A stretch of 64,000 nt of DNA from Deltaproteobacteria bacterium (GTDB lineage Bacteria > Myxococcota_A > Bradymonadia > REDH01), in NCBI GenBank assembly GCA_007693585.1, contig REDH01000089.1, positions 21,323-85,322 of the forward strand, given 5' to 3'. Under the pieces are notes generated by a model. The model saw nothing but the letters and a program-made list of their open reading frames with translations. It was not told the DNA's origin and searched no databases. A program made the position numbers and the translations under genes. Of this stretch, positions 42,531 to 52,018 are shown piece after piece. Each line of letters begins with the position of its first letter. The first letter of the stretch is position 1.

Positions 42531-43649
42531 TCAGTGAAGGTCGAACTCGATGCGCACATCCTCTCCGAGGGTCTCGCGACGAACCGTGCGTGCGCGAAGA
42601 GCGCTGGCGATCGTGGCGGCCCCCATGCCGCCGATGGCAGGGACGGCCTCGGCGCCACCGATGAGCAGCGGGGCCTGGTAGAGCAGCACACGGTCCACGA
42701 GGTCGAGATCGAGTAGCGCCCCTCCCAGGCCACCGCCGCCTTCCACGAGCAGCGTCTGCAGATCTCGGCGTGCGAGCTCGGCGATCAGCTCGGTCAGCAC
42801 GAGCTGCCCCTGATCGTCGGCGGGAAGGACGACAACGTCGACCCCCTTCTGCCGAAGCACGTGGATGCGTTCCCGAGGTGCCTCAGGCCCGCAGAACAGC
42901 AGCACGGGCGACGGTTCGGTGTCGAGGAGGCCGCAGTGGTCCGGAAGACCGAGTCGCGCATCGATCGCTGCCCGAACGGGCTGGTGCGGGAGAAGTGTCT
43001 CGCCGTCCCGCGCGGTAAGCCGGGGGTTGTCGGCGCGTAGCGTCCGCGTGCCCACGAGGACGACGTCGGACTGTGCCCTGAGCCTGTGGACGTCACGTCT
43101 TGCGGCGTCTCCCGTGATCCAGCGACTGTCTCCGGTCCGGGTGGCGATGCGGCCGTCCAGCGAGACGGCGAGCTTGAGCGTGATGAACGGTCGCCCATCC
43201 GACACGTGCCGCACGAAGCCCTCGTTGAGGCGACGGGCCTCCTCTTCCAGGACACCCACGGTGGTCTCGATCCCGCTCGCGTTCAGCTGTGCGAGGCCCC
43301 GCCCGGAGACCCGGGGGTTGGGGTCGATCATGCCCGCGACCACGCGCCGCACTCCTGCATCGATGAGCGCCTGGCTACAGGGCGGGGTTCGTCCGAAGTG
43401 GCTGCAGGGTTCGAGGTTCACGAACACCTCGGCTCCCCGCGCGAGCGGGCCTGCGGCGCGCAGCGCAACCACTTCGGCATGGTCCTCGCCGGCCCGCACA
43501 TGGAAGCCGGAGCCCACGACCTTGCCATCCCGTACGATGACGCATCCCACCATCGGGTTCGGTCGCGTCGACCCTCGGCCCCTGGCCGCTTCCCGCAGCG
43601 CCATGCGCATGTAGTACCGATCGCGGTCGGCCTCGTCCTGTGCAGTCAT
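42531..43649 (-). CDS. ribD: riboflavin biosynthesis deaminase/reductase
   Basis: PNPMVGC, HAE, LEPCSHFGRTPPC, SLDGRIA, SRWIT, DNPRL, VEGG. Confidence 0.97.
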   Translation of the reverse strand: MTAQDEADRDRYYMRMALREAARGRGSTRPNPMVGCVIVRDGKVVGSGFHVRAGEDHAEVVALRAAGPLARGAEVFVNLEPCSHFGRTPPCSQALIDAGVRRVVAGMIDPNPRVSGRGLAQLNASGIETTVGVLEEEARRLNEGFVRHVSDGRPFITLKLAVSLDGRIATRTGDSRWITGDAARRDVHRLRAQSDVVLVGTRTLRADNPRLTARDGETLLPHQPVRAAIDARLGLPDHCGLLDTEPSPVLLFCGPEAPRERIHVLRQKGVDVVVLPADDQGQLVLTELIAELARRDLQTLLVEGGGGLGGALLDLDLVDRVLLYQAPLLIGGAEAVPAIGGMGAATIASALRARTVRRETLGEDVRIEFDLH

Positions 43650-43667
43650 GCGGGACTCCCTTCCCGT

Positions 43668-44129
43668 TCAGGAATCCTCGTGGTTTCGGGCGTCGCTGGC
43701 CCGAGCGAGAAACTCTCCAATGTCCTGAAAGGAATGATAGACGCTGGCGAAGCGCAGCCAGGCCACGCCGTCGAGTTCGCGCAGCTCCTCGATCAGGGCG
43801 TCGCCGATGCGGCGCGAGGCCACCTCCCTCTCCCCGGAGGCTGCCAGATCTCGCTCGATGCGTTCGACGACCGCCGTCAGGGTTTCCGTGGAGATGGGCC
43901 TCTTCTCGACCGCGCGGCGGAGGCCACCGAGCAGCTTCTGGCGCTGGAACGGTTCCCGTCGCCCATCACTCTTGATCACGACAGGGAGCGAGAGTTCGAT
44001 CTGCTCATAGGTGGTGTAGCGGAACGTGCACTGCATGCACTCCCTGCGACGCCGGATGCTCTCGCCCTCGCGGGACTGACGGCTGTCGACGACTCGGTCC
44101 TCGAGGTGGCCGCAGCGGGGACAACGCAT
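43668..44129 (-). CDS. nrdR: transcriptional repressor NrdR
   Basis: CPRC...VVDSR...IRRRRECMQC, ATP-cone VIKSDGRREPF, RFASVY. Confidence 0.97.
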   Translation of the reverse strand: MRCPRCGHLEDRVVDSRQSREGESIRRRRECMQCTFRYTTYEQIELSLPVVIKSDGRREPFQRQKLLGGLRRAVEKRPISTETLTAVVERIERDLAASGEREVASRRIGDALIEELRELDGVAWLRFASVYHSFQDIGEFLARASDARNHEDS

Positions 44130-44132
44130 GGC

Positions 44133-44582
44133 TCAGCGTTCGCCGTGGAGCTCGAGCTTCTGCACCCGCCGCAGATGCCGACCATCGTCTCCGGGCGTGA
44201 AGTCTTCGTTCAGGAAGACGTGCAGACAGTCCTTGAGGAGATCAGGCCCGAGCACACGGGCGCCGAGCACGAGAATGTTGGCATCGTTGTGCTGCCTGGC
44301 CATGCGTGCGGTGTAGGCATCGTGCACGAGCGCAGCCCGGGCCCCGGGCACCTTGTTGGCCGCGATGGACATCCCGATGCCGCTGCCGCAGATGAGAACG
44401 CCCCGGTCGGCCTTTCCCTCGACCACCTCTCTGGCGAGGTGATGGGCGAAGTCGGGGTAGTCGACGCTCTCGCGCGACTGCGGACCGAGGTCTTCGGTCT
44501 GATGGCCCAGGGTCGCGAGGAATCGCTTCAGGTCATCCTTGACGTCGACCCCGGCATGATCCGCGGCGATGGCAATGCGCAT
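44133..44582 (-). CDS. rpiB: ribose-5-phosphate isomerase B
   Basis: AADHAG, SVDYPDFA, ICGSGIGMSIAANK, HNDANIL, GRHLRR. Confidence 0.96.
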   Translation of the reverse strand: MRIAIAADHAGVDVKDDLKRFLATLGHQTEDLGPQSRESVDYPDFAHHLAREVVEGKADRGVLICGSGIGMSIAANKVPGARAALVHDAYTARMARQHNDANILVLGARVLGPDLLKDCLHVFLNEDFTPGDDGRHLRRVQKLELHGER

Positions 44583-44607
44583 CGTTCTTCCTCGCGCGGA
44601 GGGGGAA

Positions 44608-44793
44608 TCAGCGCTCGACCACCGGCAGGATCTGACGGTCCCGGTAGGTCCCGCAGCTCAGGCACACGCGGTGTGCCAGCTTGCGCGCACCGCAGCTGTA
44701 GCACCACACGACGTTCTTTGCCGCGAGGCGGTCATGGTTGGCGCGACGGCTACGCGTCTTTGCCTTGGGGGTCTTTCCCTTGGGTACGGCCAT
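44608..44793 (-). CDS. rpmF: 50S ribosomal protein L32 (Zn-ribbon type)
   Basis: MAVPKGKTPKAKTRSRRA...CYSCG...HRVCLSCGTY. Confidence 0.95.
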   Translation of the reverse strand: MAVPKGKTPKAKTRSRRANHDRLAAKNVVWCYSCGARKLAHRVCLSCGTYRDRQILPVVER

Positions 44794-44860
44794 GTCGTCA
44801 TCTCCCTCGCCGGCTTGAGTCAGCGCCGGCCGCGCAGGTTCCGTACCGAACGGGCACGGG

Positions 44861-45430
44861 TCAGTTGGCGTCGCCATCGCCCAGTTTCCCCCGCAGCGCC
44901 TCGAGGGCACGCCAGCGGGGATCGGAGCGGTGTCCCTCGACCTGTTCCGGATCGAGGGAGGGCGACGGCTTGTACGTCATCGGCCGACAGGTGTCAACGC
45001 CGCACGTCGGCGCGGGGTCGAGTTCCAGCAGCAACAGTTCCCTCACGACATCGACGAGATCGACTTCGTCGCCGGACAGGAAGGATACCTCCAGATCCTC
45101 GGGATCGAGCCGACGGCCCTCTTCGCTGTCCGCCATGACGTCCCGGTCCAGCATGGCGCGCGGGGCGAAGGTCCACCGCACGGGCAGGTCGAGGGACCGT
45201 TCGACGCGCTGGAGGCACCGTGCGCAGTCGAATGCAAGGTCGCCCTTCACGGCGCCGGTCATCCTGACAAGGTCACGCGTTCTGAGGAGATCGACTCGAA
45301 CATCAAGCGCACTCGCTCCGCCTGCGTAGAGGTCGTCCACCTCTGCGAGGAGCGAGTCGAGGGTCGGGTTCTCGATGGTGAAGGCCGTGGGGTTGTGGCC
45401 TTCCCGGAGCTGCCGGATCCGGACGATCAT
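44861..45430 (-). CDS. DUF177/YceD family protein
   Basis: CARCL, VDLVDVVRE, DPRWRAL; directly upstream of rpmF. Confidence 0.9.
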   Translation of the reverse strand: MIVRIRQLREGHNPTAFTIENPTLDSLLAEVDDLYAGGASALDVRVDLLRTRDLVRMTGAVKGDLAFDCARCLQRVERSLDLPVRWTFAPRAMLDRDVMADSEEGRRLDPEDLEVSFLSGDEVDLVDVVRELLLLELDPAPTCGVDTCRPMTYKPSPSLDPEQVEGHRSDPRWRALEALRGKLGDGDAN

Positions 45431-45441
45431 GGGTGCGTTCC

Positions 45442-47046
45442 TCAGGGCGACGGGGCCGCGATGAGAATGTTCCTCAGGTCGCGATCGTTGAAGCTCAGCC
45501 CGCCACCGAAGAAGAAGTCGCGAGGAGCCGGATTCATGGCGTCATCGATGCCGGCCTGGAGGAAGATGCTGGACAGGATCGGGACTTCGGGCAGGAAGGC
45601 GCCCAGACTGAGCATGGCGAAGGCCTTCACCCTGGGATAGTCGTTCTGGGGAAAGTCGAACACGTCAGCGCGCAATTCGAGGTGCTCGTCGAATCCCCAG
45701 ATGTTGAAGCCGAAGCCGCCGGAGGACTCGATGAGCCCGAACCGGCCTCCGACGAGCCAGGTTCGCTGAGGATTCAGCGGCCAGCGTCGACCCAGCAGGA
45801 GGCTGAACTTGAAGGCTTCGCTGGTGACGGTCCGTTCTTCGTACAGGGTTGGAGGCAACTCCGGGTCGTTGGTCACGAGGCTGGTGCGCGTGACTTCGGT
45901 TCGGCCGCGAGGATCATCGACGAACTCGAAGATGTAGAACTTGTCGGGATTCGGGCGCAGGTTGACGCCGAGGTAGTTCTTGAACGCGCGCTCGTTGAAG
46001 CCGTACTCGCTTCGAAGTTCGAGCCAGGTCTCGATTCGATTGAATCCCCCGATCAGCTCGTTGGCATTGGCCAGAAGCGCCTCCGCCTCGTTCGAGATTC
46101 CGGGGTCGTTGATGAGCCGGCCGACCGTCCCTTCCCCGTCGGCGATGCGGTCCGTGATGACCTGCACGTTCTCGAGGCTGTAGTTCAGGTTGTCGAGGGC
46201 GAGCTGCATGCTCGACAGCGTCCCCATGAGGGTGCCGATTCCCTCGGAGACGTCTCCGGAGCTCTGGCCGATGATGTAGCGCATTTCCGTGGTCATGGCA
46301 CCGATGTCCGCGAGAATTGCCTCGACCGACTGCCCCCCCGTCGCCGTGAACTGACGCACATCTGCGCTGATGGCCTCCACGTTCCCGACGATGGCCGCGA
46401 GGGACTGACGGTTCTCCGTCGCGATGCCGGCCAGCGCTTCGACCATGGTCTCGAGCTCGGCGAGCAGCCCGTCGACCCGGTCCACGCCGTCCTGGCCGCC
46501 GAACACCTGGGCGAAGGTGCTTGTGACGGCCCTCACGTCGTCGGTCAGCGCCTCCACGTTGCCGGCGATGGCATCCATCTGCTCGAACAGGGTGTCCGGG
46601 CCGATCGGACGAATCACGTGGGGGATTTCGTCACCATCGCGCAGGATGTCCCCACGCAACCCGGGCGTCACCTCGAGAAAGTAGTCGCCGAGGAGCGAGG
46701 CCTGCTTCTTGGCGAGCGTCGCCATGTCGACGAGCGCCATCTCGCCCTGTTCGTTCGTCCGCCACTCGCCCGCACGCAGCTCGATGTCCTCCCGAATTCG
46801 GAGGGTCACCCGGGCGCGGGCACCATCCAGCTCGATGCGGTCGATCTCTCCCACCGCAATACCGGCCATCATCACGCGGCTGCGGACGACCAGACCGGTG
46901 GCGTCGTCGAGAACGGCGCTCACGCGATACCCGTCGTCTCCCCGGAAGACGGACTGGCTGACGTTGCCGGCCATGTACGCGAACGCCAGGACGCCGACGA
47001 TCACGACCAGGCCGACCTTGAAGGGGGTAAGGAACTCTTTCATCAC
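45442..47046 (-). CDS. mlaD: MCE/MlaD-family protein with long helical region and beta-strand-rich C-terminal domain
   Basis: N-terminal TM (FKVGLVVI), MCE core DATGL...VMMAGIAVGEI...SLLGDYFLEVTPG, ~200-aa helical region, GEGTVGRLIND, then amphipathic strands ending FFFGGGLSF. Confidence 0.88.
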   Translation of the reverse strand: MMKEFLTPFKVGLVVIVGVLAFAYMAGNVSQSVFRGDDGYRVSAVLDDATGLVVRSRVMMAGIAVGEIDRIELDGARARVTLRIREDIELRAGEWRTNEQGEMALVDMATLAKKQASLLGDYFLEVTPGLRGDILRDGDEIPHVIRPIGPDTLFEQMDAIAGNVEALTDDVRAVTSTFAQVFGGQDGVDRVDGLLAELETMVEALAGIATENRQSLAAIVGNVEAISADVRQFTATGGQSVEAILADIGAMTTEMRYIIGQSSGDVSEGIGTLMGTLSSMQLALDNLNYSLENVQVITDRIADGEGTVGRLINDPGISNEAEALLANANELIGGFNRIETWLELRSEYGFNERAFKNYLGVNLRPNPDKFYIFEFVDDPRGRTEVTRTSLVTNDPELPPTLYEERTVTSEAFKFSLLLGRRWPLNPQRTWLVGGRFGLIESSGGFGFNIWGFDEHLELRADVFDFPQNDYPRVKAFAMLSLGAFLPEVPILSSIFLQAGIDDAMNPAPRDFFFGGGLSFNDRDLRNILIAAPSP

Positions 47047-47867
47047 ATGAACATGATGGACGTCAGGAAGTAGTTGAGCACCAGCACCGCCACGGAGCCG
47101 AGGACCACTGCGCTTGTGGTTGCCTCACCCACCCCCTTCGCTCCCCCCGAGGCCGTGTAGCCCTTGTAGCAGCCTATGGCGCTGACCGCGAGACCGAAGA
47201 CCGCTGCCTTGATCGCACCGTTGGTGATGTCACTCGGCAGCACCATGACCTGAATGTTGCCGACGAACATCCCGGGGTCGACACCCATCATCCCCACAGC
47301 GACCCCGTATGCGCCCACCATGCCCACGAACGTGAACAGGATGGCCAGCAGCGGAAGCATCAGGATGCTGGCGACGATTCGGGGCGTGATCAGGTAGTGG
47401 ACTGCGTCGACGGCCATGACCTCCATGGCGTCGATCTGCTCGGTCACCCGCATGGTTCCCAGGGTTGTGGCCATGGATGACCCGCTGCGCCCTGCCACCA
47501 TCAGCCCGGTGAGCACCGGGCCGAGCTCGCGGCTGAGCGTCAGGGCCACGGTCGTGCCCACCAGGGACTCGGCATCGAAGAGCCGGAAAGCCGCGACGGA
47601 CTGCAGGGAGAACACGGCACCTGCGAACACGCCGGTCAGCAGCACGATGCCCAGGCTTCCGACGCCCACATCCTCCAGCGCCTCGAAGAAGACGCGAATA
47701 CGAAAGGGCGGCTTGAACGCCATCAGGAGCGCCCGAAGGGTGACGAGACCCCATAGTCCCACTCCCTCGATCGCTCCGATCGTACGCTGCCCAACCCCTT
47801 CGATGAACGGACGAACTGACGCCAAAATGGAGGCTCCTGCCTTGGACGGAGGACGGACCACCGTCAT
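47043..47867 (-). CDS. mlaE: MlaE-family ABC permease
   Basis: GVGSL, RELGPVLTGLMVAGRSGS, MRVTEQIDAMEVM, PR, GAKGVGEATT; overlaps the mlaD start. Confidence 0.93.
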   Translation of the reverse strand: MTVVRPPSKAGASILASVRPFIEGVGQRTIGAIEGVGLWGLVTLRALLMAFKPPFRIRVFFEALEDVGVGSLGIVLLTGVFAGAVFSLQSVAAFRLFDAESLVGTTVALTLSRELGPVLTGLMVAGRSGSSMATTLGTMRVTEQIDAMEVMAVDAVHYLITPRIVASILMLPLLAILFTFVGMVGAYGVAVGMMGVDPGMFVGNIQVMVLPSDITNGAIKAAVFGLAVSAIGCYKGYTASGGAKGVGEATTSAVVLGSVAVLVLNYFLTSIMFM

Positions 47868-47901
47868 GGGACCCGGTGACTCGGGCCACCCGAACCGTGC
47901 C

Positions 47902-49017
47902 CTACTCGGAGGATTCGGTCGGTGCAAGCGGTGGACGCTCGCCAGATTCGGGCAACGCGAAAACGACCGACGACCGCAGGCGCAAGGCATCGGCGGTGCG
48001 GGAGCGGGACAGCCGCAGGCGTGTCATCTCGGCCAGCAGACAGGCGCTCAGATCGTCCTGCTGGAGCACGTCGATCAGGATCCGCGGAGCACGAACACGT
48101 CCCTCCGGCGTCAGCTCGAAACCCACCACCAGGGCTCCGCGAACCGCGCCGTCCTCCAGAAGAGCGGCTGCATAGCAGCGATTGGCGGTCACCTCGACGG
48201 CGAGACGAATGAGCTCCGCCTCGCGGACCGTGCACGGGTAGGTGCTCTCGATGTCCAGCGAAGTCACCGACGCCCGCACGTCCCGGGTCAGGTCCGCGGC
48301 CACCAGCAAGGCCTGACGGTGCGTCACGATGACCTCACCTCTTGTGCCGTCGGTCAGGGACACACCGGCAACGCGCACATTCATCACGGGGATGTCCCCG
48401 GATTCATCGCAGTACGCTGCGCCCCGCTCCGAGGTGGCAGGCTCCGGCGGGTACGGCATCAGGTGAAGGACGATGGCCAGGTCCTCCATCCACATCAGGG
48501 ATCTCACCTCTTCGATCTCGGTGGGCGCCAGGTCCAGCATCACACGTCGAGGACCATGGAGCCTGACCGCGGCTGTCCCCGAGGCGACCGGTATCTCCTC
48601 ATCCAGGGTCATGACTGCGACGCCCAGATCCTCGTGAAGTTCCAGATCCGTTCCCGGGACGGCCAGACGCGCCTGCCCGAACAGGAGCGCGTGACGCTCG
48701 CGGATCCATGCGTCCACGGCATCGCGTTCGCGGTGCGCCGGGTGCGACCCGCAGGCGGCCTCCCGCGCGCTGAGCAGAGCCATGTAGACCACCTCGGCCG
48801 CCGGCGAGTCATGTTCGAGCGCTCGCTCCGGGGCCGGTTGCTGTTCCCCGGCGCATCCGCGTCGCCAGGCATTCAGCACCTCCTCCGGCGGATCGGGGCC
48901 GACGCCGTTGCAGTACTGCTGCACGGCGCCAGGAGTCCCGAGGTCCATGCCCCACGAGGCGGCGGGCAGGAGACCTGTCACGAACAGCATGGCGAAGACG
49001 AGACGCAAGGAACTCAC
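47902..49017 (-). CDS. secreted protein with C-terminal AgmX/PglI (TonB-C-like) domain
   Basis: Signal peptide from GTG 49017; C-terminal RCYAAAL...GALVVGFELTPEGRV...LSACLL pattern. Confidence 0.65.
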   Translation of the reverse strand: MSSLRLVFAMLFVTGLLPAASWGMDLGTPGAVQQYCNGVGPDPPEEVLNAWRRGCAGEQQPAPERALEHDSPAAEVVYMALLSAREAACGSHPAHRERDAVDAWIRERHALLFGQARLAVPGTDLELHEDLGVAVMTLDEEIPVASGTAAVRLHGPRRVMLDLAPTEIEEVRSLMWMEDLAIVLHLMPYPPEPATSERGAAYCDESGDIPVMNVRVAGVSLTDGTRGEVIVTHRQALLVAADLTRDVRASVTSLDIESTYPCTVREAELIRLAVEVTANRCYAAALLEDGAVRGALVVGFELTPEGRVRAPRILIDVLQQDDLSACLLAEMTRLRLSRSRTADALRLRSSVVFALPESGERPPLAPTESSE

Positions 49018-49218
49018 TGACTGCTGGCGAGACGCGACAGGCCGCCGGGCTGCCGAGCGGCAGTGCCTCGGCGGCGGCTCGTTGACGACGGGTACCGTGG
49101 GCGCTACGCGAACGCCGGCAACCGGCCTTCCATGCCACGGATCCCTCGACGCATGAACCCTTTCGTTCCGAGCTCCATTCCCGATGCCCCTGCCGAGCGA
49201 AGGCGCGAGGGGCTCGCC

Positions 49219-50973
49219 ATGGCCGCGTGGGTGGCCCTCACCCTTCTGCTGCCGGGAGCGTATGCCAGCGCGGAGGACACCGATTCGGCCCACTGGGGGG
49301 AGATGCTCAGGCTCGAGGAGGCGTACTTCAGTGGGATTCCCGGTGCGGATCTCCCCGTCGGCTGGGGCCCGGGCGGCTGGATCGATGCCTGGCCTCCCCC
49401 GGGGGCTCCGGCAAGGGACGGAGGTCCTGTGCCATCGGCCCATGCCGCGCGTCCTCTCGACGGGTCGCCGGAAGATACCGAGTTCATGCCGGAGTGCTTC
49501 GACCCGGAGGACATCGATCTCGATGACCTGCCCCTCGACCTGAGGGGTATCGATCATCCACCCCTGCTGCACTGGCTCGAGTTCTACTGCACCCGAGGAC
49601 GACGTCTGCTCACGGGCTGGTTCGCCAGGGCAGGCCGGTTTCGCTCGATGATCGAGGAGGAACTCGATCGGCAGCAGGCGCCCCGCGATCTGCTGTGGGT
49701 CGTGGCGATCGAGAGCGCCTTCAACCCGGAGGCGGTCTCCCGGGCTGGCGCGGTCGGACTGTGGCAGTTCATGCCCCGGACCGCCCGCGGCATGGGCATG
49801 CGGGTGGACCGCAGGGTGGACGAGCGGCGGGACATGACCACCAGCACCGAGCACGGGATCGCCTACCTGCTCGAGAACCACGAACGTTTCGGCACATGGC
49901 CCCTTGCACTCGCTGCGTACAACGCCGGCCCGGGACACGTGCGGGGCCAGATTCGCCAGCACAACGTGAACGACTTCTGGTCCATGGATCAGTACGGGGC
50001 CATCTTTCGGGGAGCCCGCAACTACGCGGTGCGTCTTCTTGCCATTGCCATCATCGACCGACAGCGCGAGGTGTTCGGCTTCGACGGTGTCGTGGACGAC
50101 GAAGCCTGGACCTGGGACGAGGTGCAGATCGGAGGGGGTGTCCGCCTGTCGCTTGTCTCATCCGCACTCGGAATCGACCTCGCGGAGCTTCGGCGTCTCA
50201 ATCCGGCCCTGCTCGCACCCGAAACCCCGAGCGACGTGTCCACGTGGCCGCTGCGCATCCCCGAAGGAATGACCGGTCGCTTCGTGGAGCAGTTCGACCA
50301 GTACCGGCGTCGATTCGGAGACACGCACGAGCGCGTGGTCCTTCGATTCGGAGAGACCATCGGACACGTCGCCCGGGATGCGGGCGTTCCCGAGCGCGTG
50401 TTGCGTCACATCAACGATCTGCCCGCGCGCGGTCCGGTGGCGTATGGCACCGAGGTTCTTGTGCCGCTGTCGGGGCGTCGCCCCGGGGCGCCATCCAGCC
50501 CGTCACGGCCTCCGGTCGTGCTGCTTCCGGCGCAGGCCTTCGACTACCCGGGCCGTGTCCGCGTCTTCTACGACGTCAACCCCGGCGACTCGCTGCACGA
50601 GATCGCGCGTCACTTCGGGGTCAGCGTACACCAACTCCGCACCTGGAACGACGTCGACCCCGATGCGGTTCTCTGGAGCGGAATGACCCTGCAGGTGTTC
50701 CTCGCCGACGATCGGGTTCTGGGCCATAGTCGGGTCCGCACGGAGGATGAGGTCAGGGCGATCGTGCTGCACTCTTCCGAGCACGAGGCCTGGCAGCAGG
50801 AGGAGGCTCAGGTCCAGCGCGCTCGCCGGCGAACGTACACGGTTCGTTCCGGCGACACGGTCATGGGGCTGGCCAGCCGGTTCGGTGTCCGATCGGCGGA
50901 CATCGTGCGCTGGAACAATCTGGACGCGAACGCCACGATCTACGTGGGGCAGTCGCTGGTCGTCGGTCGCTGA
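49219..50973 (+). CDS. mltD: lytic murein transglycosylase D-like (SLT + LysM repeats)
   Basis: IESAFNP, AGAVGLWQFM, DERRD, ALAAYNAG; LysM-like VNPGDSLHEIARHFGVS and YTVRSGDTV; start uncertain (49153 or 49219). Confidence 0.88.
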   Translation: MAAWVALTLLLPGAYASAEDTDSAHWGEMLRLEEAYFSGIPGADLPVGWGPGGWIDAWPPPGAPARDGGPVPSAHAARPLDGSPEDTEFMPECFDPEDIDLDDLPLDLRGIDHPPLLHWLEFYCTRGRRLLTGWFARAGRFRSMIEEELDRQQAPRDLLWVVAIESAFNPEAVSRAGAVGLWQFMPRTARGMGMRVDRRVDERRDMTTSTEHGIAYLLENHERFGTWPLALAAYNAGPGHVRGQIRQHNVNDFWSMDQYGAIFRGARNYAVRLLAIAIIDRQREVFGFDGVVDDEAWTWDEVQIGGGVRLSLVSSALGIDLAELRRLNPALLAPETPSDVSTWPLRIPEGMTGRFVEQFDQYRRRFGDTHERVVLRFGETIGHVARDAGVPERVLRHINDLPARGPVAYGTEVLVPLSGRRPGAPSSPSRPPVVLLPAQAFDYPGRVRVFYDVNPGDSLHEIARHFGVSVHQLRTWNDVDPDAVLWSGMTLQVFLADDRVLGHSRVRTEDEVRAIVLHSSEHEAWQQEEAQVQRARRRTYTVRSGDTVMGLASRFGVRSADIVRWNNLDANATIYVGQSLVVGR

Positions 50974-51043
50974 GGACCCACCGGCGAGTGGCGGTACGGC
51001 GAGCATCCCTGTGGAGCCGCGCCGGATCGTGTGCCGGATGGGG

Positions 51044-51847
51044 TCAGTCTCGTCCTCGAACGGAACCGCCGAGTTGGAGGGGCTGCGCCGCAGGAGTGGG
51101 GGCGGTGCGCGTGGAACCCCTCGAGGCGGGTCGGCGCGTCTCCGTGGCAGCGGGGGTGGCCGTCTCCTCCACGCGCTCCGGAATGGGAGTGAAGGCGACT
51201 TCGGCGACGGCATCGGTGAGCACCAGCACATCGGCTGCGAGCTTGGTGTGTGCCGACGAGCCATCCACGAACTCCTGCTGGGAGATGAACCATGCGGCTC
51301 CTCCGCCCAGGCCCCCCATCAGGACGAGTGAGGCGGCGAGGACCAGCATTCGTCCGCGGTTTTCCTTCGCCTGAACGGCGAGCACCTCCCTCGTGGTCAT
51401 CACCGGGCGGCTCGGCTGCGGGGCGGGTCTCGGCGGTTCGGGCTCGGGCTCGACCCACTTCCCTTCGGCCTTGAGCTGCTCGATGCGCATCACCTCTTCC
51501 TGCTTGCGCCGCAGCTCTTCCATCTCCCGCAGCCGGCGCTCCTCCTGGAGCACCCGCTCCTGAAGCTCCCGTTCACGGGCTTCCTTCTCGGCCCGTGCCG
51601 AGGCCGCCGCCTGCTCCTTCTTTCGCCGCAGTTCCTCCTCGAGCGCCTTCTGCTCGGCCTCGGCTTCGGCGGCGGTCTCGGACAGAATGTCGCCCAGCAG
51701 ACTGATGGCCTGCGTCTTCGGTGCATTCTTCTGTCGCTGCGCGCCCTGCTGGGACACCCGTGCCCGCTGACCGCCGGACTCGGACTCCGGAAGGTTCTCG
51801 AGTTCCTTGAGGGAGGCGATGGCGCTCTTTCTCTGGGCGTTGCTCAT
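51044..51847 (-). CDS. hypothetical protein: E/R/K-rich helix, single TM, short C-terminal tail
   Basis: ORF 267 aa with a highly charged helical segment and a TM helix (LVLAASLVLMGGLGGGAAWFI). Confidence 0.75.
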   Translation of the reverse strand: MSNAQRKSAIASLKELENLPESESGGQRARVSQQGAQRQKNAPKTQAISLLGDILSETAAEAEAEQKALEEELRRKKEQAAASARAEKEARERELQERVLQEERRLREMEELRRKQEEVMRIEQLKAEGKWVEPEPEPPRPAPQPSRPVMTTREVLAVQAKENRGRMLVLAASLVLMGGLGGGAAWFISQQEFVDGSSAHTKLAADVLVLTDAVAEVAFTPIPERVEETATPAATETRRPASRGSTRTAPTPAAQPLQLGGSVRGRD

Positions 51848-51920
51848 GGGTGTTCTCGGATTGACGGGGGAACGGGACCCTGTGAAGGAGCGAACGGGGT
51901 CCTCCTGCAGAGAGGATAGC

Positions 51921-51935
51921 GCAACTGGCGCGCCA
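51921..51935 (-). promoter_or_regulatory. candidate sigma54 (-24/-12) promoter
   Basis: Minus strand TGGCGCGCCAGTTGC versus consensus TGGCACGNNNNTTGC; about 75 bp upstream of ATG 51847. Confidence 0.5.
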
Positions 51936-52018
51936 CCGAAAGGATCAGACCACCCGGGAGGGCGACAGTTCCCGGACGGCCGTCATGCGGTGCATGATCG
52001 CCGCGTGGGGGCGGCCCT

